64,000 bases of DNA from an uncultured bacterium (GTDB lineage: Bacteria; Patescibacteriota; Minisyncoccia; UBA6257; GWB1-50-10). A program made the position numbers and the translations under genes. The notes under the pieces are model-generated. The model searched no databases. It had not been told where the DNA came from and worked only from the letters and a program-made list of their open reading frames with translations. The stretch is from positions 72,230-136,229 of the forward strand of contig CAVYJB010000002.1 in assembly GCA_963768835.1 (NCBI GenBank). The letters are read 5' to 3'. This document shows, in pieces, positions 28,471 through 38,209 of the stretch (the stretch's first letter is position 1; each line of letters opens with the position of its first letter).

Positions 28471-28525
28471 TTTTCTTTCGCACCTCCAGTTTGACAAATA
28501 GCCCCTCGAGGGCTATTTTTATGCG

Positions 28526-28873
28526 ATGAAAGCGCTCACGCAGGAAGAAATCGCCTACTTCAAAGAAAAACTCCGGAAAGAGCGGGCAGAAGTCGAGACG
28601 CGCCTCAAAAAAGTGAAAGTGCCGACGGATTTCGGCAACGACATCGACGGTTCCGACGAAGAAACGGATGAATCGGAGGAGTTTGGAAACCAGCTCGGCG
28701 TCCAGCGGCTTCTTGAGGAACAGCGGAATGATATCGATGCCGCGCTCGAGCGCATCGCGGCGGGAACCTATGGGATTTGCGCTTCCTGCAAGAAACCCAT
28801 CGAGCGCGAGGTCCTTGAGGTAGACCCGGAATCGGCGCTCTGCCGGAGCTGCAAGGCAAAATCCACGCCTTAG
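28526..28873 (+). CDS. TraR/DksA C4 zinc-finger protein
   Basis: ALERIAAGTYGICASC...C..C motif and an acidic coiled-coil tip. Confidence 0.9.
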   Translation: MKALTQEEIAYFKEKLRKERAEVETRLKKVKVPTDFGNDIDGSDEETDESEEFGNQLGVQRLLEEQRNDIDAALERIAAGTYGICASCKKPIEREVLEVDPESALCRSCKAKSTP

Positions 28874-28949
28874 CGATCGGGCCTCAATTTTCCTCCGTTA
28901 AAAAATTGCGTCTTTGAGGCGCATCTTTTTTCACACGCTTTATTTTAAC

Positions 28950-30005
28950 CTAGTGGAGCGCAAACGGATTTTTGGCTCCAAGTACCTCGAAGTGCACGTG
29001 GCACCCCGCGGGTCCGTCCGCGTTCCCGGTGTCTCCCATAAGCCCGATTGTCTGTCCCTGCGTCACGTAGTCACCGATTTTCACGAGAACCTTTCCGAGG
29101 TGTGCGTAGCGCGTCTTCGTCCCGTTCGGGTGCTCGACAAGCACGAAGATCCCGTACCCTCCGTTCCACCCGTCGGTACCGTCCCCCAGTTGGTCGTCCG
29201 GGATTACAAGTCCTTCCGCAGCAGCGTGAACTTCGGTCCCGCACTTGTTCGCGATATCCACCGCGTTCACCGGATGGAGCTGGCCCCAGTTCCATCCCTG
29301 GGCCGGCAAGATAAAGTAGTCCTTGAGGTCGGGGAGCGCCCCGGTAGTAGTATTTGCGCCCGCGGCAAGCTTCGCGTCAGGTTTCGCATAGGGAATAACG
29401 ACGGCACCGGTTCCGGCCGCAAAAATCTCCTGATATCCTGGGTTGTACTGGCGGACAAGGTCCGGATCCACTCCGTAATGAGCGGCCACCGAATCCACGG
29501 AATCGCCCGCGTTGATGCTCAGGAGAAAGCCGGAAACCGGAAGAATCGTAAGTTGTTCTCCCACGTGGATCCCCGCCTTGAGACCTCCGTTGGCGGCCCG
29601 GACCGTCTGCGTGTCCACGCCGAACTGAGCCGCTATCTTCGCGAGCGTGTCACCCTTCCGGACGGTGTACTGCACGAGGCCGTTCCCGGAACGCGTGAGG
29701 TTTGTGAGAGGACTCGCCTGCGCCACCGCGAGGCCCGCGCCTGCCCACACGCCATCCGTTCCTCCCACGGGCGACACCGACGTGAGTTCCTCTCCGAACA
29801 CCGCGACCGAGTCATTGGTGGGGGCTACCAATGGCCCTCCGGACCCGCGGTACCAACTGGTTTGGCCCGATACTCCGTGACTCAAGGCGGTAAGCGCCAC
29901 GATATTCGCGGCCACCGCGAGGAATAGAAAGAGAAGCGACCAAAGACTGGTCGTGTGAAGATAGCCCTTCGCGCGGGCAATAATAGTTAGAGTGAGCGTA
30001 CGAAT
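28950..30005 (-). CDS. LysM + M23 peptidase; start probably ATT at 30005 (first canonical start GTG 29915)
   Basis: YTVRKGDTLAKIA LysM, H..NAVDIA, YAHL and HVHFEV M23 motifs. Confidence 0.88.
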   Translation of the reverse strand: MRTLTLTIIARAKGYLHTTSLWSLLFLFLAVAANIVALTALSHGVSGQTSWYRGSGGPLVAPTNDSVAVFGEELTSVSPVGGTDGVWAGAGLAVAQASPLTNLTRSGNGLVQYTVRKGDTLAKIAAQFGVDTQTVRAANGGLKAGIHVGEQLTILPVSGFLLSINAGDSVDSVAAHYGVDPDLVRQYNPGYQEIFAAGTGAVVIPYAKPDAKLAAGANTTTGALPDLKDYFILPAQGWNWGQLHPVNAVDIANKCGTEVHAAAEGLVIPDDQLGDGTDGWNGGYGIFVLVEHPNGTKTRYAHLGKVLVKIGDYVTQGQTIGLMGDTGNADGPAGCHVHFEVLGAKNPFALH

Positions 30006-30059
30006 GGTGCTACTATACCATACACGGGAGCAGGAATCAATTTATTCAAGAAATCGCAT

Positions 30060-30869
30060 ATGCGAGCCAAACTCGGGCAACATTTTCTCACCGACCGCGT
30101 TAAACTAAGGAGTATCGCGGCCGCGCTTGCACCCACGAAGGGGGAGGTTGTAATTGAAATTGGCCCGGGGCATGGGGAGCTCACGCGCGAACTTGTGGGG
30201 TTCGGGGCTCGCGTAATCGCGATTGAGAAGGACGTCCTCTTGGCGGAAAAACTATCGAATCCAAGAAAGGGGGTGGAGAATAACGTTGAGGTTGTTGTGG
30301 GGGATGCGTTAAGGGTTCTCCCGCAGCTCGTAAGTAGATATGGGCTTGGAAAAGCCCAACTTTATCTGCTTGCCGGCAATATCCCCTACAGCATCACCGG
30401 ACGACTTCTCCGAACGCTCGCCGAGCTTTCCGAGAAACCCGTACGGACTGTCTTAACCATTCAGCGAGAGGTCGCGGAGCGGGCAGTGTCCGAACCGCCA
30501 CGAATGAACCTGCTGGCGGCCACTATTCAAGTCTGGGCGGCGTGCCACATTGTGGGCTATATCCCGAGTTCAGCTTTCATGCCGCCCCCAAAAGTGGGGT
30601 CTGCGATTATTCTTCTGGAAACCAGACTTAAGGAACCCCCAGCGAACTACTACGTACTAACTCGAGCTCTTTTTCGACAGCCGCGGAAGACTATTTTAAA
30701 CAATCTCGTTGCTGGAAGTGAAATGTTGGGGTTCCCGAACCGTCCCACAGCGGAGAAGTGGCTTCAGAAACTCAAAATTGATCCCTCCGCGCGCGCCCAG
30801 GAGCTTTCCGTCGACACGCTCACGCGTCTCGCGGAAGCGTTACCGAGTTCTAGATCTCGCCTTAAGTAA
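30060..30869 (+). CDS. rsmA: 16S rRNA dimethyladenosine transferase KsgA
   Basis: LGQHFL, EIGPGHGELT, GNIPYSIT and F.PPPKVGS motifs. Confidence 0.95.
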   Translation: MRAKLGQHFLTDRVKLRSIAAALAPTKGEVVIEIGPGHGELTRELVGFGARVIAIEKDVLLAEKLSNPRKGVENNVEVVVGDALRVLPQLVSRYGLGKAQLYLLAGNIPYSITGRLLRTLAELSEKPVRTVLTIQREVAERAVSEPPRMNLLAATIQVWAACHIVGYIPSSAFMPPPKVGSAIILLETRLKEPPANYYVLTRALFRQPRKTILNNLVAGSEMLGFPNRPTAEKWLQKLKIDPSARAQELSVDTLTRLAEALPSSRSRLK

Positions 30870-30990
30870 CAACGCGCGATTTTTTCTTATTTCTCGCCTT
30901 CAATAGGCTCTTGAGGGCCGTTCTTCTGTGCACAAATAGTGTATAATTAAATAGGAAAAATCCCATTTTTCGTATTTGGGAACGCCAACT

Positions 30991-31796
30991 ATGCAGAAAG
31001 GGAAAGCTATAGCCATTTTTATACTCCTCATGGGGCAGGGGTCTCTTTTCTCCTCCTCCGGGGGGGTGGGGCTTCAACGAGCCAGGCCTCTTTCTTGGGA
31101 ATGGCGACGGCAGGGACTAATAATCCTTCCCTCGCGTTCCTCCAGACCCCCCCCGTGCCGACTCCGACCGGCGAGAGCACCTCTTCTGCGCCGTCTACGC
31201 TCGACCCGAATAACATGACCGACGCGCTCGCCGCGACGTATCTTCAGGGCCTTTTCTCCGCGAACACCGATGCCACACAAGCACCGGACGCGCAGCACCC
31301 CCTGAAAGCTCCGGGCGGAGATACGCTCAGCCAATCCATCCAAGATGCCACATCCCAGGGGCTCGGCGTGAAACCTTTCACCACGCAGGATCTCCAGATT
31401 TCAGACGACACCTCGTCTGACGCGCAGCGAACTTATTTGGGAGCGACGAATGAAATACTTCGAGAGCGCTTCCAGAACGGCGCCTTGAATTTCCCAACCG
31501 CTCTCCAGGAGCTTGTTTCAAATCAAAATTCAGACCCCATGCTAAAACTTCTCGAAGCTACGGCAGGCGCGACAGGCGATCTCCTCGCGCTCGCCGTGCC
31601 CCAGCCTCTCGCAGATTTTCACCTTCGTCTTCTAAATCTTTTTCGCACGCAACAAAGCATTTATGGCGCGCTCATGAACTCCGACAGCGATCCTCTTCAG
31701 GCCTACACTGCCATGAACCAGATTGCCCCCTCCCAACAGGATGCGGTGGCCCTACAAACCATACTCCAAGAAAAATCTACGGAGCTGGGGCTCTAG
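30991..31796 (+). CDS. Hypothetical membrane-anchored protein with one frameshift in the G-run at 31032-31035
   Basis: Adding one G gives MQKGKAIAIFILLMGAGVSFLLLRGGG..., which restores the TM helix and joins the 31095-31796 ORF. Confidence 0.7.
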
Positions 31797-31817
31797 AAAC
31801 GGGGTTGGGAAATTAAG

Positions 31818-33467
31818 ATGAAACGACGTATCGCCACAATTGTAATTGCATTCACAACGCTGCTCGCAACAACGGGTATCGGAGGTTTTACACAAATTCC
31901 AGTTGCGCAGGCGCAGGTCCCCGTCACTGATGTCGGAGCGATTGGGGCCACGATCACGGGATGGTTGCAACAAGCCGGGCGCTTCACTCTCGATACTCTC
32001 TACAAGACCCTTCTTGGAGAATTAAAGCGCCGTCTCCTTAGTACTATTACAGACCAGACGGTAGCCTGGATCCGGGGCGGTCCCGGTAGTGGCCCCCCGC
32101 GTTTCATCACGAACTTTGGAGACACGATCATCCAAGCCACCAATGCGGCGGTGGGGGACACCCTCGTTGCAATTGGAGCGGGCCAGCTCTGCCAAGGCCT
32201 TTCCGCACGCCTCATTCTCCAGCTCACCCAGCCTAGTTTCCAGCTTCAAACGGCCTGCACGCTCACGCAGGTAGTTCAAAATGTTCAAGCATTTGCTAAC
32301 AATTTTGAGGCTGGGGGCTGGATTGGATACCAAGAAGCGTGGGCGCCACAGAACAATATCTTTGGGGCCTCGCTCCTCGCAAACGATCAGCTTATTACGA
32401 ACATTAATAAGCGCCAGACGGCGAACGCCCAAGAAAACGTGGCGAATAACAGCTTCCTCGCGACAAAGAAATGTCAGTGGTGGTCTCTCTATAATACTGA
32501 CGGGGCGACACCGATTATAAACCCCACCAATGGGAGTCAGTACGGCGAACCAGCTGATTCCTACGACGATCCCCAAAACCCCCCGCCCTCGGGCTGGAAC
32601 GGCGCACCTGCGGGAATTTGGAAGTGCACGACGGACTACAACTCAACGCCTGGCCACACGATTGCGATGGGGCTTCAAAAAGCGGTTTATGCGGACACGG
32701 ACTTTATCATCAGCTCAAATGAAATTACAGATGTTATTGGTGCCATCATCGACGCCGCTATCAATCGTCTTGCCCAGGCGGGGGTAGAGGGTATCGTCGG
32801 AATGCGACAATCCGAGACCACGACGGGGACGGGAAATCCCAACCGCGCGAACCCAGGATTGTATATCACAACATCGACGCAGTTAGCGAGCAGCAGCTGG
32901 GGCGGTCTTACGAACGCCACCTTCCAACAAACGAAACAGACCTACGTGACCCAGATCAGCAATGCACTCACGGCACTCTCACATGCATCACAACAGTTCC
33001 TGGCTGTCCGCGCCACCGTGACTCAACTCCAGACAGCTCTCTGCGCACCCGCAGCGACGGCGGGAGGATGCACGCCAAACAGTCTTGTCCAGTGCATCCA
33101 GACACGCACCACGCCCCCCACCAACCCGCCTGCGGTTTGGGACGATCTCCCTTGGGCTACAAACTCTTACAACACTACGCTTCCGCTTCCTGCCCAGATT
33201 AACGGTGGATATACCCAAACCCAACCAGCAGTGCCACCACCCACTCCACCGACTCCCACGCTCTACGACCTCCTCGTCCAAATCCAAAATACCGTCAACA
33301 ACGCCCAGAGCTACGCCGACCTTACCGCCGCAGGTACCGACCAGATCACCTCTCTCTATCAACAAGCGCTCACGCTTGATAGCCAGGCTACCGGCCTCGC
33401 TTCCCAGGAAGCCACCACTCTCACAGACGTTAACAGCCGCCTTTTTAGCTGCGAGGCCACCCCATGA
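31818..33467 (+). CDS. Secreted protein, VirB5/TrbJ-like N-terminus
   Basis: Signal peptide followed by AQVPVTD; Thr/Gln-rich helical body with paired Cys; lies upstream of the VirB6-like gene. Confidence 0.6.
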   Translation: MKRRIATIVIAFTTLLATTGIGGFTQIPVAQAQVPVTDVGAIGATITGWLQQAGRFTLDTLYKTLLGELKRRLLSTITDQTVAWIRGGPGSGPPRFITNFGDTIIQATNAAVGDTLVAIGAGQLCQGLSARLILQLTQPSFQLQTACTLTQVVQNVQAFANNFEAGGWIGYQEAWAPQNNIFGASLLANDQLITNINKRQTANAQENVANNSFLATKKCQWWSLYNTDGATPIINPTNGSQYGEPADSYDDPQNPPPSGWNGAPAGIWKCTTDYNSTPGHTIAMGLQKAVYADTDFIISSNEITDVIGAIIDAAINRLAQAGVEGIVGMRQSETTTGTGNPNRANPGLYITTSTQLASSSWGGLTNATFQQTKQTYVTQISNALTALSHASQQFLAVRATVTQLQTALCAPAATAGGCTPNSLVQCIQTRTTPPTNPPAVWDDLPWATNSYNTTLPLPAQINGGYTQTQPAVPPPTPPTPTLYDLLVQIQNTVNNAQSYADLTAAGTDQITSLYQQALTLDSQATGLASQEATTLTDVNSRLFSCEATP

Positions 33468-35761
33468 AGAAACGGTCTATCACTTCTGTAGTTTTAGTCG
33501 GGGGGATCCTTGTCCTCCTTCTATTTGCGGTCCCGCACGCCGTGCATGCACAGATGATTGAGAAAATCGCAAGCAGCGTTGTTACGACCCTCGCAAGCGG
33601 CATTGGATACATCATCGCCTACATCGGCGCCGTCCTTATCGCGTTCGCAAGCGCATGCCTCCAATTCGCCGCCGGTTTGAACCAGAACGTCCTCTCGGTA
33701 ACCCTGAACCCCATTGTGGGGATTGGGTGGGACGTTGTCCGTGACGTCGCGAACCTCGGATTCGTCCTCGTCATCATTATTGTGGCAATCGGAACAATGC
33801 TCCGCCTCCCTTCCTACCAAGCAAAGAAGCTTCTGCCCCGCCTCATCGCCGCTGCTATCATCGTGAACTTTAGTTTTGCCATCGCCTCAGTTTTTGTGAA
33901 CTTCGGGAACACCCTCGGGAGCTTCTTCCTTTCGCGCGCGACAGGGAATGGCGCTTTCTCTATCGCGAACACTATCGTGGGCGCCTTTAATCCGCAGAAG
34001 TTCATGCTCCAAATCGACCAGCAATCAGGAAATCCCATTCCCCCAAATCCAGAGGTTGAGCAGGGAGGGCTTACCACCTTCAGCGCGGCCACGCTCGTCA
34101 GCATCGCATCTATCATCTTTGTCGCGGTTTTCTCCTTCCTTATGGCGTTCGTGCTGCTCGCGATGGCCCTCATGTTCATTATGCGTTTTCTCCATATAAC
34201 ATTCCTTGTCATCATCTCTCCTATCATCTGGCTTTTTTGGGTTATTCCGCCTCTCTCCACCCAGTTTAATAAATGGTGGAACAGCTTCTTGAAGTGGGTG
34301 TTCTTTGCCCCGACCGCCTCCTTCTTTATTTATCTCTCGCTCATCTCACTCCAGCGTATGAACGCGGTAGGAAGTACTTTTCTCCAGGGCATCCCAGTAA
34401 GTGTTTTTAGTGTGTTTGGCAGTACGTTGGGCGGTGTTCTTATTCTGGGTCTTCAGATGATCGTCATTGGAGGTCTCCTTGTAGGCGGCATCATCGTGGC
34501 TCAGAGCATGGGTATCGCGGGCGCGGCAGGTGCGATGAGTATCCTCAACAAGACGAAGGGGTCTGTGCAAGCGTGGGCCGGCCGGAAGGGCCGTCAGGCC
34601 GCGACCGCCCCACTCCGTGTCGATACCGGCAAGAAAGTGACGGACTGGATGCAAGCGGAAGGAAAAGGGAGTTTTGGGAAACTCATCCATAATCCTCTAA
34701 CGCAACAGATTGGCGCGGTTGCAAGTCGTTTCGCCGCTACAGGCGAGAAACTTCCTTCGCAGGCTAAGTCGCGCGTGGATGCGTTCGGAAGCGATGCGCG
34801 CGCGGCGAAAGCATATCACACACTTGATGCCCCGGGGAAAATCGCTCTTGTGGAGAAACTCACCAAGAACAACTCGATGAACCTCTTGCCGCAATCGGCG
34901 AAAGAGGACCTTTTGAAAGATGAGCAAAGTCGAAAACTCTTCGAGCGGTATGATAAGAAAAAGGCGTTTGGAGATGCCGAGAAAGGCTTGGGAATAAATG
35001 TCGAGACGTATCAAGCCATACAGGGCAATAAGTCGACACGGGAAACAGCGCTGAAAGAAAAGGAAGATATTAAGAAACGGGGCGGGGAGGAGGGTGGCGA
35101 GATTGGGAGGCGCTGGTCTCAAGCGAAAGAAGAGGAAAAGAAAGCCGCAGAGGAAGGACGTCTCGACGAAGCGCTCGATGCGCGAAAGCGAGCTGACAGC
35201 TATGCGGAGCAGGGAGGTGCTGGGCTAAAAGATAGGGCGGACGCTTTCGAGAAAGCGGAGGAAGCTCAGCGCAACGCGGAACGGCCTGCTGTCGAAGCAT
35301 TCCAGAAGTGGCACTCCACTTGGAAGCCGGATGATTATGCGAAGTTCCCTGTGAATGACATTTATGGAGAAAAAGTTGTTGACAAGGGTAAGCCGACCGA
35401 ACGCACGGAGTACTCTCATGGCCTAGATCCGGAAACCGTCCGAATGCTACGCGAGGTTAGCGTTCAGGGTGCTGCGGCTAACAATGTCGGTTCTCTTCGA
35501 CCTCTTCTTAGGAATGCGAAGGCGGAGAACTTCGATCGGGTGGCGCGCTCCATCGACAATTTGGTTTATATTCTAAGACGGGGGACTAGAGATGAGCAGT
35601 CGAGAGCAGATCAAATCTTATCAATGCAAAAAAGTGCTCTCGCGTGGAGAAGCCTTGGTATTGAACAGCCCCTAAAAACTGAAGCGGCTGAGGATACAGG
35701 TGGAGCTGGCGCGCCACCCGCTCCAGCGGCGGGTGGAGGCGGTGGTGCCCCCAAGCCTTAA
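33464..35761 (+). CDS. VirB6/TrbL-like multi-TM protein with long charged C-terminal tail
   Basis: GWDVVRDVANLGF, LIAAAIIVNFS, ISPI and KWW..FLKWVFFAP motifs. Confidence 0.75.
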   Translation: MKKRSITSVVLVGGILVLLLFAVPHAVHAQMIEKIASSVVTTLASGIGYIIAYIGAVLIAFASACLQFAAGLNQNVLSVTLNPIVGIGWDVVRDVANLGFVLVIIIVAIGTMLRLPSYQAKKLLPRLIAAAIIVNFSFAIASVFVNFGNTLGSFFLSRATGNGAFSIANTIVGAFNPQKFMLQIDQQSGNPIPPNPEVEQGGLTTFSAATLVSIASIIFVAVFSFLMAFVLLAMALMFIMRFLHITFLVIISPIIWLFWVIPPLSTQFNKWWNSFLKWVFFAPTASFFIYLSLISLQRMNAVGSTFLQGIPVSVFSVFGSTLGGVLILGLQMIVIGGLLVGGIIVAQSMGIAGAAGAMSILNKTKGSVQAWAGRKGRQAATAPLRVDTGKKVTDWMQAEGKGSFGKLIHNPLTQQIGAVASRFAATGEKLPSQAKSRVDAFGSDARAAKAYHTLDAPGKIALVEKLTKNNSMNLLPQSAKEDLLKDEQSRKLFERYDKKKAFGDAEKGLGINVETYQAIQGNKSTRETALKEKEDIKKRGGEEGGEIGRRWSQAKEEEKKAAEEGRLDEALDARKRADSYAEQGGAGLKDRADAFEKAEEAQRNAERPAVEAFQKWHSTWKPDDYAKFPVNDIYGEKVVDKGKPTERTEYSHGLDPETVRMLREVSVQGAAANNVGSLRPLLRNAKAENFDRVARSIDNLVYILRRGTRDEQSRADQILSMQKSALAWRSLGIEQPLKTEAAEDTGGAGAPPAPAAGGGGGAPKP

Positions 35762-35771
35762 ACCAAAACCC

Positions 35772-36935
35772 ATGATTACACCCTCACGACAACAGTTGCT
35801 CGAACGGCTCGATCTCCTTACACCACCCCTTAAGGACGTGCTTTTCGACCCCGCTGTCGGAGAACTCTTGGAGAGTATCGGAAAGCGATATGGTTGGGAA
35901 CAAAAAAAGACCGATTCTCTTTTTCGTGTTCTCACCAACCTCCTCTTCGGCTTCCTTCCGCCCGGCGATTTCGTGAAGGAGGTTCAGTCGTCGGTCGGAC
36001 TCGACGCATCCACAACCGAATCGGTCGTGGAGGAGTTAAACCTCAAGATTCTGGGGAAGGTGGACCGTGAACTCAAAAATTTCCACCAGACAGTTTTGAA
36101 AACCCCGGGTGGCGGAGGAAGCCTGCCTCCCCGGAAAACCATCTCTATCGACACCTTAGGTGGAGCCGGCGGAGAACGGACAGTCCGCGTGGAGCGGGTG
36201 GAAGAGAAACCGAAATCTCCGACCACACCGAAGTCGGCTTCTGACACATCGAGTGCACCTTTTATTCTCCATTCTGAAAAATCGGCCGTCGAGTCAAATC
36301 AGCCAGCACGGCGAGGGTTCTCTCTCTCCTCTCTGCGACTCTTCGGCTCCGGACCCCGATTGTCCGCCGAGAAAGAACCGGTAAGGGTCCAGGTTGAGAC
36401 GCCGGACAAAGAGAAAGACGCGAAGCGTGTTGTGCACTATAACGAACTCCACACTCCACTTACGCCTTTCACGAAGGAGGGGGTTACAAACTTCTCACCC
36501 CTTGGAGGCTTTGTCACGGAGCAACCACGCCCCGCAACACCTCCGGTATCCGCATCACCCGCATCGATGTCTACGACCGCATCGGTTCCCAAGACGGCTC
36601 CTCTCGCACCCTTTTCTGTAAAACCACCGGAATCAAGACTTGTGCCGCCGCCACCAAAACCTCCCACATTTCCGGCACCGAGCCCGGCTCGTCCATCATC
36701 TCCGATGATTCCTCCGTCCTCACCTTCGGCACTCCGACCAGTCGACAACGGTCCTGCTCCCTCCCCGATCCGACCAGCGCCTCCTGCATTTCCTGCTTCT
36801 TCCCAGGGATCCGCACCCGCCACGCCTCCCAAGGTTCCTCCTACGCCCTTTTCCCCGACTGAATTCGGAAGGCCCACCCCAAAGTTAGAAGGCAATACCG
36901 TCGACCTAAGCAAGCGGGAGAGGAACACCCCATAA
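35772..36935 (+). CDS. Hypothetical Pro-rich protein
   Basis: Globular N-terminus, RVVHYNELHTPL motif, Pro-rich tract and C-terminal GNTVDL. Confidence 0.75.
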   Translation: MITPSRQQLLERLDLLTPPLKDVLFDPAVGELLESIGKRYGWEQKKTDSLFRVLTNLLFGFLPPGDFVKEVQSSVGLDASTTESVVEELNLKILGKVDRELKNFHQTVLKTPGGGGSLPPRKTISIDTLGGAGGERTVRVERVEEKPKSPTTPKSASDTSSAPFILHSEKSAVESNQPARRGFSLSSLRLFGSGPRLSAEKEPVRVQVETPDKEKDAKRVVHYNELHTPLTPFTKEGVTNFSPLGGFVTEQPRPATPPVSASPASMSTTASVPKTAPLAPFSVKPPESRLVPPPPKPPTFPAPSPARPSSPMIPPSSPSALRPVDNGPAPSPIRPAPPAFPASSQGSAPATPPKVPPTPFSPTEFGRPTPKLEGNTVDLSKRERNTP

Positions 36936-37028
36936 CAGCCTCGCGCTTGTGAGTGGGAACTGGACGAAAAAATGAGTATTAGCCCCGCATTACTAGCCGT
37001 CGACCCCCATTCACCAACTTTCGATATC

Positions 37029-37532
37029 ATGGCCACTTTCCAAGTACCACAATTTATTGAGCAGAAGCCAAAGATCGTCGGATTTCTAACGCTCCCGCAG
37101 TTTCTCTACGTAGCGGCGGCTACGGTTCTTATCTTCGCGTTCTACTTTGCCTTCACTTTCTTCATTTGGATGCTGCTCTCCGTCGTCATCGCAACTTTCG
37201 CAATCTCATTCGCCTTCGTGAAAGTCGGCGGACAGCCGTTCCCCCTCATTTTCCGCAGCGCCGTAGGATACATCTGGGCTCCCCGGCGTTATACGTGGCA
37301 ACGAGCTATGCCACAGACATCTCTCGATATCTCAAGCCTTGAGAAACTAGAGGCGATGCGAAAACGAATGACTCTTGAAGAACGCATCAAATCCGTTGCG
37401 CTCGGTATCACGACCGGGAAAATGTTCTCTCTTAACCAGTTTCGGACGCAAACAACTAAAGAGAGCCCTCATTATCAGGTCGTAACCTACATTACCGGCG
37501 AGCGGAAGCTCGCAAAGCGGATCGATTACTAA
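37029..37532 (+). CDS. PrgI-family (VirB3-like) protein
   Basis: FQVPQFIEQKPKIVGFLTLPQF followed by two TM helices. Confidence 0.85.
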   Translation: MATFQVPQFIEQKPKIVGFLTLPQFLYVAAATVLIFAFYFAFTFFIWMLLSVVIATFAISFAFVKVGGQPFPLIFRSAVGYIWAPRRYTWQRAMPQTSLDISSLEKLEAMRKRMTLEERIKSVALGITTGKMFSLNQFRTQTTKESPHYQVVTYITGERKLAKRIDY

Positions 37533-37533
37533 C

Positions 37534-38196
37534 ATGGCTGAACCTTCACTCCCAACTCAAAAGTTTGTCGACATCAAGGAGATTCGCAATGGCGTTCTCT
37601 ACCTCAAAAGCGGGGGTCTGCGCCAAGTCCTTATTGTTAGCGGGGTGAACTTCGACTTGAAATCCGAGGCGGAGCAGAACCTTATCCTTGTGGGGTTCCA
37701 GAACTTCTTGAACAGTCTCGACTTCTCTATCCAGCTCTTCGTCCACTCTCGAAAGGTCAACGTGGACGCCTATCTCCAATCCATCGAGGCTCGTCGCGAG
37801 GAAGAAACGAACGAGCTTCTCCAGATCCAAATCGGGGAATACATTCAGTTTATCCGCGCGTTCGTGGAACAAAATACCATCATCGCAAAGACATTTTTTG
37901 TGGTAGTCCCTTATGAGACAACCCCCGCCGTCGAACCCACGAAACAGCTTCTCTCGTTCCTGAGGCCTTCGGGCCCGAAGCCCGATGCAGGGACAAATCT
38001 CCAGGAAGTCCTGGATCAGCTAACCCGCCGCGTGGCACAGATAGTCGAAGGGCTTGAGGTGATCGGTCTCCGCGCCGCACTCCTCGAAGATGAGGAGCTC
38101 ACGGAACTGTTCTATAATCTGTACAACCCACAGCTTACGGAGAAAAAAACCTTAGAGATCGCCAGAGAGAAGCACCCACGGAAGTCCTCCCCCTAA
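37534..38196 (+). CDS. VirB4/TraC N-terminal-like protein
   Basis: NFDLKSEAEQ, FLNSLDFSIQ, FFVVVPY and ELFYNLYNP motifs. Confidence 0.8.
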   Translation: MAEPSLPTQKFVDIKEIRNGVLYLKSGGLRQVLIVSGVNFDLKSEAEQNLILVGFQNFLNSLDFSIQLFVHSRKVNVDAYLQSIEARREEETNELLQIQIGEYIQFIRAFVEQNTIIAKTFFVVVPYETTPAVEPTKQLLSFLRPSGPKPDAGTNLQEVLDQLTRRVAQIVEGLEVIGLRAALLEDEELTELFYNLYNPQLTEKKTLEIAREKHPRKSSP

Positions 38197-38209
38197 CACA
38201 CCCGCTACC

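Noticed and set aside
31030-31070. G-tract phase variation in the first T4SS-cluster gene
   Set aside because: The break maps to a G4 run, too short for a typical contingency locus, and matches the deletion errors seen elsewhere.
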